A DNA stretch of 20,000 nucleotides from Actinomycetota bacterium (GTDB lineage Bacteria > Actinomycetota > Acidimicrobiia > IMCC26256 > VFJJ01). The notes below the pieces were generated by a model that did no database searches, was not told the origin of the DNA, and was given only the letters and a program-made list of their open reading frames with translations. Shown piece by piece: positions 1-7,525 of this stretch (the first letter of the stretch is position 1; each line of letters begins with the position of its first letter). The position numbers and the translations under genes were made by a program. The stretch is from assembly GCA_009886115.1 (NCBI GenBank), contig VFJJ01000043.1, forward strand, positions 47,082 through 67,081. The letters run 5' to 3'.

Positions 1-1
1 C

Positions 2-928
2 GGCCAGCACGTCGTGCTGGCGGGCCAGCCACGCGGCGTCGACCCGTTTGAGGGCTCGGGCCAAGGTCCCCGCGAACACCAGTCCGATGGCCACGGCCTC
101 GCCGTGGAGCACGTCGTACTCGGCCAGGGTCTCGATGGCATGGGCCAGGGTGTGCCCGTAGTTGAGGACGGCCCGGATGCCGAGACGCTCGTGCTCGTCA
201 GCGGCGACCACCGCGGCCTTCATCGCTGCGCACCGGGCCACGATGCTCGCGAGCACTGCGGCGTCGCGCCCGTCGATGGCCTCGGCGTCACGGACCAGCA
301 CCTCGGCCAGGTCGCCGGGCGGCTCCGGGGCGCCGTCGAGGAACGCGTACTTGGCGATCTCACCGAGCCCCGCCCGGTACTCGCGCTCGGGGAGCGTGGT
401 GAGCGTGCTCGTGTCGGCCAGCACCGCGATGGGCTGGTGGAACGCACCCAGCAGGTTCTTGCCTTCGGGCAGGTTCACCGCCGTCTTGCCGCCGATCGCC
501 GCGTCGACCTGGGCCAGCAGCGTCGTCGGAACCTGCACCACGGCGACACCCCGGTGGTACACCGAGGCCGCGAACCCGGCAGTGTCACCGACCACACCGC
601 CACCGACGGCGATCACGGCATCGCCGCGCAGCAGCCCCCACGCGGCGAACTGCCGACAGAGCGCTTCGACCGTGGTGAGGCTCTTGGCCGGCTCGCCGTC
701 GCCGATGAGGAACAGCTCAGCGGCGATGGACCGGTCGACGAGCGAGGCCACGATGGGGGCTGCGTAGCGCTCGGCCAGGCCGGCCTGGCTCACCACCGCC
801 ACCCGGGTCCGAGCGCCCACCACGTCGCCGACCAGGGCCGTCGCACCGGGGCCCACGACGATGTCGTACGACCGGTCGCCCAACCTGACCGGTACCCTCC
901 GCACCGGCCGCGCCGCCGCCGGGCTCAC
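2..928 (-). CDS. aroB: 3-dehydroquinate synthase (3' end runs off the window)
   Basis: Not in the ORF track. Manual translation from GTG 928 (GTGA overlap with the aroK stop) gives MSPAAARPVRRVPVRLGDRSYDIVVG...AVGGGVVGDTAGFAASVYHRG..VQVPTTLLAQVDAAIGGKTAVN...GKNLLGAFHQP...LNYGHTLAHAIE...LHGEAVAIG, the classical DHQS motifs. Follows aroC-aroK. Confidence 0.96.
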   Translation of the reverse strand, partial: MSPAAARPVRRVPVRLGDRSYDIVVGPGATALVGDVVGARTRVAVVSQAGLAERYAAPIVASLVDRSIAAELFLIGDGEPAKSLTTVEALCRQFAAWGLLRGDAVIAVGGGVVGDTAGFAASVYHRGVAVVQVPTTLLAQVDAAIGGKTAVNLPEGKNLLGAFHQPIAVLADTSTLTTLPEREYRAGLGEIAKYAFLDGAPEPPGDLAEVLVRDAEAIDGRDAAVLASIVARCAAMKAAVVAADEHERLGIRAVLNYGHTLAHAIETLAEYDVLHGEAVAIGLVFAGTLARALKRVDAAWLARQHDVLA

Positions 929-1518
929 CGGGTGCACCTCGTGAACGCGTCGAGCACGCCCAACGCGGCCTCGTCGACCGAGCAGCCTTCGGTGTCGAGC
1001 ACGACATGGGCGGCGGCCACGTAGGCGGGGGCCCGGAGCCGGCCCAACCGGTCGAGGCGGGCCTCGATGGCCTCGACGCCGGCGAGCAGCGGCCGACCAC
1101 TGCCGGACCCGACGCGCAGGACCAGGGTGGAGGTCGGCACGCGCAGCCAGACCACGCAGCAGGCGGCCCGCAGCGCCCGCCGGTTGTCAGGATCGATGAC
1201 CGCTCCGCCCCCGCAGGCGATCACCCCGGGCTCGATGCCGGCACAGGCCTCGGCCAGCGCGTCGCGCTCGAGCAGGCGGAACGCGGCCTCGCCGTCGGTC
1301 GCGAAGATCTCGGAGATCACCCGGCCGGTGGCGAGCTCGACGACCTCGTCGACATCGACGAACGCACGGTCGAGCCGCCGGGCACAGGCTCGACCGACGC
1401 TGGTCTTGCCCGCGCCCATCAGCCCGACGAGCGCCAGGTGCCGGGCGGGGTAGCGACCAGCGCCGGGATCGGGCCCAGAAGCACCACCGGGACCGGGCCC
1501 GGGAGCAGGACCGTTCAC
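925..1518 (-). CDS. aroK: Shikimate kinase
   Basis: C-terminal part of ORF 925..2427. P-loop GLMGAGKTSVG, IFATDGEAAFR, GGG and RPLL motifs. Start placed at GTG 1518, overlapping the aroC TGA (GTGA). Gly/Pro-rich N-terminal extension. Confidence 0.94.
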   Translation of the reverse strand: MNGPAPGPGPGGASGPDPGAGRYPARHLALVGLMGAGKTSVGRACARRLDRAFVDVDEVVELATGRVISEIFATDGEAAFRLLERDALAEACAGIEPGVIACGGGAVIDPDNRRALRAACCVVWLRVPTSTLVLRVGSGSGRPLLAGVEAIEARLDRLGRLRAPAYVAAAHVVLDTEGCSVDEAALGVLDAFTRCTR

Positions 1519-2669
1519 CGGAGGTTCTGGAGGTACGAGGCGTGGTTGCGCACGAGCTCGTCGACGGTGTCGCCGCCGAACTTCCGCAGCGCTTCCGAAG
1601 CCAGCACGAGGGCCACCATCGCCTCGGCGACCACACCCGAGGCCGGGACGGCCGTGACGTCGGTGCGTTCCTTGAACGAGACCGTCTCGGCCTTGGTCGA
1701 GACGTCGACGGTCCGCAGCACCGGCCGGTTGAGCGTGGAGAGGGGCTTCATCGCGACGCGGGCGACGAGCAGATCGCCGGTGGTCATGCCGCCCTCGACG
1801 CCACCCGCCCGATGGGTTCCACGGACATAGGCACCGGCCTCGGCGTCCCAGAGGATCTCGTCGTGGGCCTCGCTCCCCCGTCGCGACGCGACATCGAAGC
1901 CGTCGCCTATCTCGACGGCCTTCATGGCCTGGATGCTCATCAGCGCCTGCGCGAGCAGGGCGTCGATGCGCCGGTCCCAATGGACGTGCGAGCCCAACCC
2001 GGGCGGCAGGCCGAAGCCGAGCACCTCGACAACCCCCCCGAGACTGTCGCCGTCTTTCGCCGCCGCCTTGATCTGCTCGATCATGGCCACCTCGGCCACC
2101 GGATCGAAGCACCGCACTTGGGACGCGTCGATGATCGGCAGATCGTCGCGACCCGGCCGCGAATCGGACGAGGCTCGCGCCGTGCCCATCTGCACGACGT
2201 GGCTGATCACGCTGGCGCCGAGATGGCCCAGCAACAGTTTGGCCAGCGTACCGGCAACGACACGGGCGGCCGTCTCGCGCGCCGACGCCCGTTCGAGGAC
2301 GTTGCGAGCGTCGTCGAAGCCGTACTTCTGCATCCCTGCGAGGTCGGCGTGGCCGGGTCGGGGCTCGCGCAGGGGCTTGCTCGTGCGACCAGGTGCCGGC
2401 GACATCTCCTCGACCCACTTCGGCCACTCGGTGTTGCGAATCAGCACCGAGACGGGCGAGCCGATCGTGACGCCGTGGCGGACGCCCGACAGCAGCTCGA
2501 TGTCGTCCTGCTCGAAGCGCATGCGGGGGCCGCGCCCGTAGCCCATCCGCCGACGGGTGAGCTCCTCCGAGAGGTCCTCGATCAGCACCGGCAGGCCAGC
2601 CGGCAAGCCTTCGACGACCGCGACGAGCGCAGGTCCGTGGGATTCGCCGGCGGTCAGGAAGCGCAGCAC
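1515..2669 (-). CDS. aroC: Chorismate synthase
   Basis: MLRFLTAGESHG, RPGHADL, ERASARETAARV, GGVEGGMT and MKPLSTL signatures. Confidence 0.98.
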   Translation of the reverse strand: MLRFLTAGESHGPALVAVVEGLPAGLPVLIEDLSEELTRRRMGYGRGPRMRFEQDDIELLSGVRHGVTIGSPVSVLIRNTEWPKWVEEMSPAPGRTSKPLREPRPGHADLAGMQKYGFDDARNVLERASARETAARVVAGTLAKLLLGHLGASVISHVVQMGTARASSDSRPGRDDLPIIDASQVRCFDPVAEVAMIEQIKAAAKDGDSLGGVVEVLGFGLPPGLGSHVHWDRRIDALLAQALMSIQAMKAVEIGDGFDVASRRGSEAHDEILWDAEAGAYVRGTHRAGGVEGGMTTGDLLVARVAMKPLSTLNRPVLRTVDVSTKAETVSFKERTDVTAVPASGVVAEAMVALVLASEALRKFGGDTVDELVRNHASYLQNLR

Positions 2670-2675
2670 GAGCAG

Positions 2676-2681
2676 AGGTTA
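2676..2681 (-). promoter_or_regulatory. Putative -10 element (TAACCT) for a leaderless aroC transcript
   Basis: TANNNT hexamer 6 nt upstream of the aroC GTG, with no Shine-Dalgarno in front of the start. This is the usual actinobacterial leaderless geometry. Confidence 0.55.
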
Positions 2682-2748
2682 CCGGTCGACTCGCGACGTG
2701 GGCTCACCTGGACGGGCGAATGCTCCGGCCCGGCCGACGCTCCGACGC

Positions 2749-3522
2749 TCAGCCGCCGCGGTACCAGTCGAGCAGCGGGGCCCCCCACAGAACGGCGGTG
2801 ATCGTCCCGGCGGCGAGGAACGGGGCGAACGGGATGTGCTGCTTGCGGCCACGTTTCTTCGAGGCCATGAGGACGACGCCCACGACGGCTCCGAAGAGGA
2901 ACCCGGAGAACAGGCCCAGGGCCACGTGCCCCCAGCCCAGCCAGCCCAGGTACAGGCCGAGGATTGCCGACAGCCGCACGTCGCCGAAGCCCATCCCGCG
3001 GGGTTGCACGATGTGGAGGACGTACAAGAACGCGAAGGCGACCACGGCGCCCCCGAGGGCTCGGGGAACCTGACCCCACCGGTCGTCGAGCGCCGCCGCC
3101 AGGGCCAACAGGGGCAACGACGCGAACCCCACGGGGTACACGATCCGGTTCGGCACGATGTAGTGCTCGAGATCGATGACCGCAATGGCCAAGAGCGCGG
3201 CAAACAGCAGGCAGAACGCCGGGATCTGCCACGACCCGTCGAAGCGGATCGCCACGGCGCCGAACAGGGCCGCCGTTCCCAGCTCGACGAGGGGATAGCG
3301 CACCCCGATCTGGGCATGACAGCGCCGGCACCGCCCCTTGAGGAGCATCCACGACACGACGGGGACGAGGTCGCGGGGTGCGAGCACGTGGTCGCACTGC
3401 GGGCAGTGCGAGCCCGGCGACCCCACCGATTCCTTCCGGGGAACACGCCAGATGACGACGTTGAGGAAGGAACCGACGAGCAGCCCCAGCACCGTGCACC
3501 CTATGGCGACCTCTGTGGCCAT
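2749..3522 (-). CDS. pilD: Type IV prepilin peptidase/N-methyltransferase (peptidase A24)
   Basis: GSFLNVVIWRVP, Zn-binding CPQC and CRRC pairs, IDLEH and GMGFGDVRL aspartate motifs, IPFAPFL, multiple hydrophobic segments. GGAGG RBS. Confidence 0.95.
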   Translation of the reverse strand: MATEVAIGCTVLGLLVGSFLNVVIWRVPRKESVGSPGSHCPQCDHVLAPRDLVPVVSWMLLKGRCRRCHAQIGVRYPLVELGTAALFGAVAIRFDGSWQIPAFCLLFAALLAIAVIDLEHYIVPNRIVYPVGFASLPLLALAAALDDRWGQVPRALGGAVVAFAFLYVLHIVQPRGMGFGDVRLSAILGLYLGWLGWGHVALGLFSGFLFGAVVGVVLMASKKRGRKQHIPFAPFLAAGTITAVLWGAPLLDWYRGG

Positions 3523-3595
3523 GCGTTCCTCCCCGATTCTCGACCAGGACCGATCGGGCCGGGCGGGCTGGCCCCTCCGGCACGGGCTCGTCGGA

Positions 3596-4081
3596 CTACC
3601 AGGTCGTCCCGCTGGTGACGGTCAGGGCGTGGTTCGCGGTGCAGAGCGAGGCATCGGTGGTGGAGCCGTAGAAGGGACTGGCCTCGACCCCGACGACGTC
3701 GTGGATCACGTAGCAGGTCCCGCTGGTGGCCATCACCGCGATCCCGAGCTCCTGGTCGTTCGACGTGACCCCCACGCTGACGACCTCCACGTCGTTCGAC
3801 GGAGCGGCGGGGGCCAGGTAGGTGTAGGTGGGCTCGATCGTGGGCAGCGCGGCTTCGGCGTCGCCGTAGGTGGAGGCGTCGGCGTAGAGGATCCTCGCTG
3901 CGGTCAGGACGTTGCGGGCGACCGACTGCGCCTCGCGGTTGTCGGCCCGGGTTCGGGCACTCAAGAACGTGGGCACGGCGATCACGATCAACACGCCGAG
4001 CACCAGCGCGACGACGAGCAGCTCGACCAGGGTGAACCCCCGGTCGTCGCGTCGCGTCCTGCGTCGGAGAACCTGGATCAT
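3596..4081 (-). CDS. Type IV pilin (class III signal peptide), 161 aa
   Basis: C-terminal part of ORF 3596..4702, with ATG 4081 preceded by GAGGGG. MIQVLRRRTRRDDRG|FTLVELLVVALVLGVLIVIAVPTF has a basic leader, G-1/F+1/E+5 and a hydrophobic helix. Two C-terminal Cys. Adjacent to the prepilin peptidase. Confidence 0.93.
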   Translation of the reverse strand: MIQVLRRRTRRDDRGFTLVELLVVALVLGVLIVIAVPTFLSARTRADNREAQSVARNVLTAARILYADASTYGDAEAALPTIEPTYTYLAPAAPSNDVEVVSVGVTSNDQELGIAVMATSGTCYVIHDVVGVEASPFYGSTTDASLCTANHALTVTSGTTW

Positions 4082-4151
4082 CGATGCGCCCCCTCGGCCC
4101 GGCTTGCGGAGTCGCGCGGCGGTGCCGCGGCTCCCGTGTCTGTCCCAACAC

Positions 4152-4178
4152 ATCGGAACCGGACCCGTCCAGGTTGAG
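4152..4178 (-). promoter_or_regulatory. Putative FliA/WhiG (sigma-28 family) promoter for the pilin gene
   Basis: CTCA-N17-TCCGAT about 70 nt upstream of the pilin ATG. One mismatch to the actinobacterial FliA-type motif CTCA-N15-17-GCCGA(A/T) as recalled. Confidence 0.45.
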
Positions 4179-4254
4179 CGCGTTTCGCCCTGAACGGACA
4201 TATCGCTCGTGCGGCAGGCGGCCGAGGGCGGGCTCGGGCGCCTCTCAGCGACCG

Positions 4255-5112
4255 CTACACCGTCATGCCGCCGTCGACGGGGATGACCGCGCCGGTGAGG
4301 CCGCTGGCCTCGGGCGAGCACAGGTAGGCGATGGCCGAGGCGACCTCCTGGGGATCGAGGAGGCGGCCGGTGAGGTGGTGCACGGCGAAGTCGTCGACCG
4401 AGGCCAGGTCGTAGATGACAGCCGAGGCTGCCAGCATGGGGGTGCGCATCGACCCGGGACAGACCGCATTGGCGGTCACGCCCAGCGGCCCGAGATCGCA
4501 GGCCAGGCCGCGGACGTAGCCGACCACCGCGTGCTTGGCGGCGTTGTAGGCGCCGAGCCGGGGCATGCCGGTGAGACCGGCCGCGGAGGCGACGGCGACG
4601 AACCGTCCCCGACCCGCAGGAGCCGTGGCCACGATGGCGGGGATGGCCGCCCCGGCGAGGTGGTGGACCCCGTCGACGTTGACGGCGAACAGCTCGCGCC
4701 ACAGATCGGACGGGGTCTCCCAGGCTGGTGGTCCGCCGCCCATGAGCCCGGCGCAGGCGATCGCCGCGTCGAGACGCCCGAAGCGCGCGACGACGTCGGT
4801 CACGGCCCTCACCAGGGAGTGAGCCTCGCGAACGTCAGCGACCAGGGCCATCGCCGGCGACCCCGCAGCCTCGCAGGCGTCGCGCACCGCTTCCAGCTCC
4901 GCGACCGTGGCCTGTGGGTACGGCACGGCCGGGTTGGGCGCGCAGGCGTCGACCAGGCCGACCCGCCATCCCCGGCTGGCGAGCAGTCGAGCGGTCGCGG
5001 CCCCGAGGCCGCGTGCGGCCCCGGTGACGATGGCGACCGGGGCCGCGCCGGGGCCGCCCTCGGAGCCAGCAGCGCCCCCAGAATCGGCAGCGCCCTCAGA
5101 AGGTGATGACAC
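4255..5112 (-). CDS. Mycofactocin-coupled SDR family oxidoreductase
   Basis: TGAARGLG Rossmann motif, YNAAK catalytic motif, NAVCPG and VDGG. Carries the insert typical of MFT-associated SDRs (VDACAPNPAVPYPQATVAELEA). Exact start uncertain. Confidence 0.9.
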   Translation of the reverse strand: MSSPSEGAADSGGAAGSEGGPGAAPVAIVTGAARGLGAATARLLASRGWRVGLVDACAPNPAVPYPQATVAELEAVRDACEAAGSPAMALVADVREAHSLVRAVTDVVARFGRLDAAIACAGLMGGGPPAWETPSDLWRELFAVNVDGVHHLAGAAIPAIVATAPAGRGRFVAVASAAGLTGMPRLGAYNAAKHAVVGYVRGLACDLGPLGVTANAVCPGSMRTPMLAASAVIYDLASVDDFAVHHLTGRLLDPQEVASAIAYLCSPEASGLTGAVIPVDGGMTV

Positions 5113-6202
5113 CGCGGATGTTCTTGCCGGCCAGGAGGTCGGCGTAACCCTCGTTGATCTGGTCGAGCGTGTACGTGGTGGTGATCAGCTCGTCGAGCTT
5201 GAGGAGGCCGTCTCGGTAGAGCCCCAGCAGCTTGGGGATGTCGACACGAGGGTTGCAGGATCCGAACAGCGTGCCCCTGAGCTGCTTGTTCATGAGCGTC
5301 AGATCGAGCAGGCTGAGCTGCACGTCCATCTGCATCATCGGAGCGACGGCCGTCGCCACGCAGGTGCCGCCCTTGGCCGTGAGGGCCATGCCCGGAGCGA
5401 TGAGATCGCCCGTGAGCACCCCCGGGCACAGGATCACCGAGTTCGCCATGAGACCGTACGAGAGCTGCTGGACCAGCGGCATGGCCTCCTCCATGGAGGC
5501 GACGGCGTGGGTCGCCCCGAGGCTCATGGCGGTCTCGCGCTTGAACTCGAGGGGGTCGACGGCCACCACGTACCGAGCTCCGGCCATCCGGGCGCCCTGG
5601 ACCGCGTTCATGCCGATCCCGCCGCATCCGACGACGACGACCGTGTCGCCGACCGTGACCTCGGCCCGGTTGACCGCCGATCCCCAGCCGGTGGCCACGC
5701 CGCAGCTCACCAACGCGACCTGCGGCATCGGGAGGTCGGGCTCCACCTTGACGAGCGACATCTCACTGCACACCGTGTGCTCGGAGAACGTCCCGATGGC
5801 ACACATCGAGTTGAGCTCGATCCCCTTGGCCCGGACCCGACTCGTGCCGTCGAGCATCCGACCCGAGAGCAGCATCGCTCCGGTGTCGCAGAGGTTCTGT
5901 CGACCCGTCGAGCACATCCGGCACCGGCCGCACGACGGGATGAACGAGAACGAGACGTGATCGCCCGGAGCGAGGTCGGCGACACCCGGGCCGACCTCCA
6001 TCACGACGCCGGCACCCTCATGACCGCCGATGATGTTCGGGGCGGCGGGCATGTCACCGGTGATGAGGTGCTCGTCGGAGTGGCACATCCCTGCTGCGGC
6101 CATCTTGACCAGGACCTCACCGGTCTTGGGCCCGTCGAGATCGACGTCCTCGACCGACCACTGCTTGGCCCCGTCCCACAGCACCGCAGCACGCGTCTTC
6201 AT
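5096..6202 (-). CDS. Zn-dependent NDMA-type (nicotinoprotein) alcohol dehydrogenase, Rxyl_3153-like, mycofactocin-associated
   Basis: MKTRAAVLW, GMCHSDEH, GGHEGAG, structural Zn CGRCRMC..C, CGVATGWGSAV, GCGGIG. ATG 6202 is preceded by GGAGAG and is preferred over GTG 6211. Confidence 0.92.
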   Translation of the reverse strand: MKTRAAVLWDGAKQWSVEDVDLDGPKTGEVLVKMAAAGMCHSDEHLITGDMPAAPNIIGGHEGAGVVMEVGPGVADLAPGDHVSFSFIPSCGRCRMCSTGRQNLCDTGAMLLSGRMLDGTSRVRAKGIELNSMCAIGTFSEHTVCSEMSLVKVEPDLPMPQVALVSCGVATGWGSAVNRAEVTVGDTVVVVGCGGIGMNAVQGARMAGARYVVAVDPLEFKRETAMSLGATHAVASMEEAMPLVQQLSYGLMANSVILCPGVLTGDLIAPGMALTAKGGTCVATAVAPMMQMDVQLSLLDLTLMNKQLRGTLFGSCNPRVDIPKLLGLYRDGLLKLDELITTTYTLDQINEGYADLLAGKNIRGVITF

Positions 6203-6248
6203 GCTCTCCACCGTTTCGTCTCGCCGACTCGGCCCGATCGTTCGCCGT

Positions 6249-6254
6249 ACGCTA
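6249..6254 (-). promoter_or_regulatory. Putative -10 element (TAGCGT) for the ADH-SDR pair
   Basis: TANNNT hexamer 47 nt upstream of the ADH start, in a 350-bp intergenic region that is otherwise very GC-rich. Confidence 0.4.
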
Positions 6255-6494
6255 GTGCCACCGTCGACGTCGATCGACCCCGCCGACCCCGGACCGGGTC
6301 CCGTGCCGCACGGCGGCCCCGCCTCGCCGGCGACCGGCGTGCGCGCCGTGCGCGCCGAGGGCGCCGACCTCCGGCGAGCCGGCGGGCGGCAACTCGCCGT
6401 CAGTGGTCCTCGGTCCCGGTCGGACGGCCCCTGCGGTTGGCGGCGAGACGGTATCCGCCCACGCTGGCGGCGCTGACGCTCACTCTCGAGATCG

Positions 6495-6530
6495 CTGCGA
6501 CCCTGCCGGCCATCGGCTTGCTGGTCGCAG
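6495..6530 (-). terminator. Stem-loop downstream of the VWA stop (possible terminator or stabilizer)
   Basis: Perfect 8-bp arms CTGCGACC (6495-6502) and GGTCGCAG (6523-6530) plus inner GCCG/CGGC, 27 nt after the VWA stop. No U-tract. Confidence 0.35.
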
Positions 6531-6556
6531 GCATGCCACCCACGGTGATCCGACCG

Positions 6557-7525
6557 TCATGCGATCAACCCCCGGAGCGCCTCGGGCACCCGCGATGGGC
6601 CGGCCAGCTCCACACAGCGTCCCCCGCCGGCCCGGGCCAGCGCCCTGGCGTCTTCAGCGTCGCCGAGGGGTGCCACCACGTGCAACTGCTCGAGTCGCCG
6701 GGCCTCGACCACGGGATCGGTGCCTGCTGTCGGACGGCCGTCCGAGAGCAAGATCACGACCTTGCGCCGCGCCGGGCTTCGTTCGAGCTGCTCACGAGCC
6801 ACGCGCAGGGCCAGCGAGAGATTCGTCGTCCCGTACCCCTTGAGCGCGAGGAGGTCGTCGACGACCTCCTCGACGTCGCGGGGCACGTCCTGGGACTTGA
6901 GGACGATGGCGTCACCGGCGAAGGCGACGACCGAGTGATCGAGGGGCGCCCGCCAGGCGACGGTGGCGGCAGCGACGGCCGCGGCCGCCAGTCGGGCCCC
7001 GCCCATCGAGCCGCTGCGGTCGACCAGCAGGCACACGGCCAGGCGAGCCTTCACCCAATCGCGCGACCGGAGCTCGTCGATGGCCGGCGCTCGACCGGCG
7101 GCGCGGGCCTCGACGAGAGCGTCGAGCGAGGCGTCGATGTCGAGATCGCCACCGTCGCTCCATCGGGCCGTGCGTAGACGCTCGATGCCCCGGCGAGCGA
7201 GCGCATCACTTCGGGCGAAGCGGACGATCACCCGCCCGGCCAGCCGGCGCGCGAGCTCCTTGAGCTGGGCGTCCGTCACGTTCGCCAGGTCGGCCAGGAG
7301 GCCGAGCGCGTCGTCGGGGGACTCCTCGAACACCTGGGCGAACGCATCGACGTCGAGCTCGCCGGTCTGGGGTGAGACCCGTTCGAACTCGGGGCGCCGG
7401 GCGAGCAGCTGCCGGGCGGTGGTGCGACGACGCTCCTGGCGGACGGCGTCTGCGGCCTCGTCGCCCTCTCGGATCAGGCCCCGTCCCGCCGAGCCTCGGC
7501 CGGGAACGGGGCTGGAGCTTTTCCC
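6557..7525 (-). CDS. VWA (MIDAS) domain coding region, probably translated as the C-terminal half of a -1 frameshift fusion with the upstream AAA+ ATPase
   Basis: MIDAS DRSGS...GTT...LLSDG and GDLDIDASLD pre-VWA segment. The frame is open from 7537 to 6557 but has no ATG/GTG/TTG until GTG 7333, which lacks an SD. Confidence 0.85.
   Translation of the reverse strand, partial: GKSSSPVPGRGSAGRGLIREGDEAADAVRQERRRTTARQLLARRPEFERVSPQTGELDVDAFAQVFEESPDDALGLLADLANVTDAQLKELARRLAGRVIVRFARSDALARRGIERLRTARWSDGGDLDIDASLDALVEARAAGRAPAIDELRSRDWVKARLAVCLLVDRSGSMGGARLAAAAVAAATVAWRAPLDHSVVAFAGDAIVLKSQDVPRDVEEVVDDLLALKGYGTTNLSLALRVAREQLERSPARRKVVILLSDGRPTAGTDPVVEARRLEQLHVVAPLGDAEDARALARAGGGRCVELAGPSRVPEALRGLIA

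Noticed and set aside
4082..4254. Possible c-di-GMP riboswitch upstream of the pilin
   Set aside because: GC-rich hairpins are possible, but I could not match the conserved c-di-GMP-I or -II motifs by eye. An Infernal scan would settle it.
925..4702. Over-long ORF calls for aroK (925..2427) and the pilin (3596..4702)
   Set aside because: The extensions overlap aroC and the SDR in other frames. Coupled or RBS-supported starts lie at 1518 and 4081.
6480..6560. 26-codon ORF ATGA-coupled to the VWA stop (and a 44-codon ORF from ATG 6534)
   Set aside because: The 26-codon ORF has many A/T-ending codons. Neither ORF has an RBS, a motif or coupling to a downstream gene.
7331..7477. Independent VWA start at GTG 7333, or at CTG 7477 (CTGA overlap with the ATPase stop)
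   Set aside because: GTG 7333 has no SD and would cut off coding-like sequence. CTG starts are very rare and this one abuts the strong hairpin. Neither explains the phased heptamer plus hairpin. Disfavoured, not excluded.
7519..7525. Transcriptional slippage or pseudogene as the explanation for the AAA+/VWA frame change
   Set aside because: The A-run is only 4 nt, too short for polymerase slippage. Both domains keep all catalytic motifs with no other lesions.
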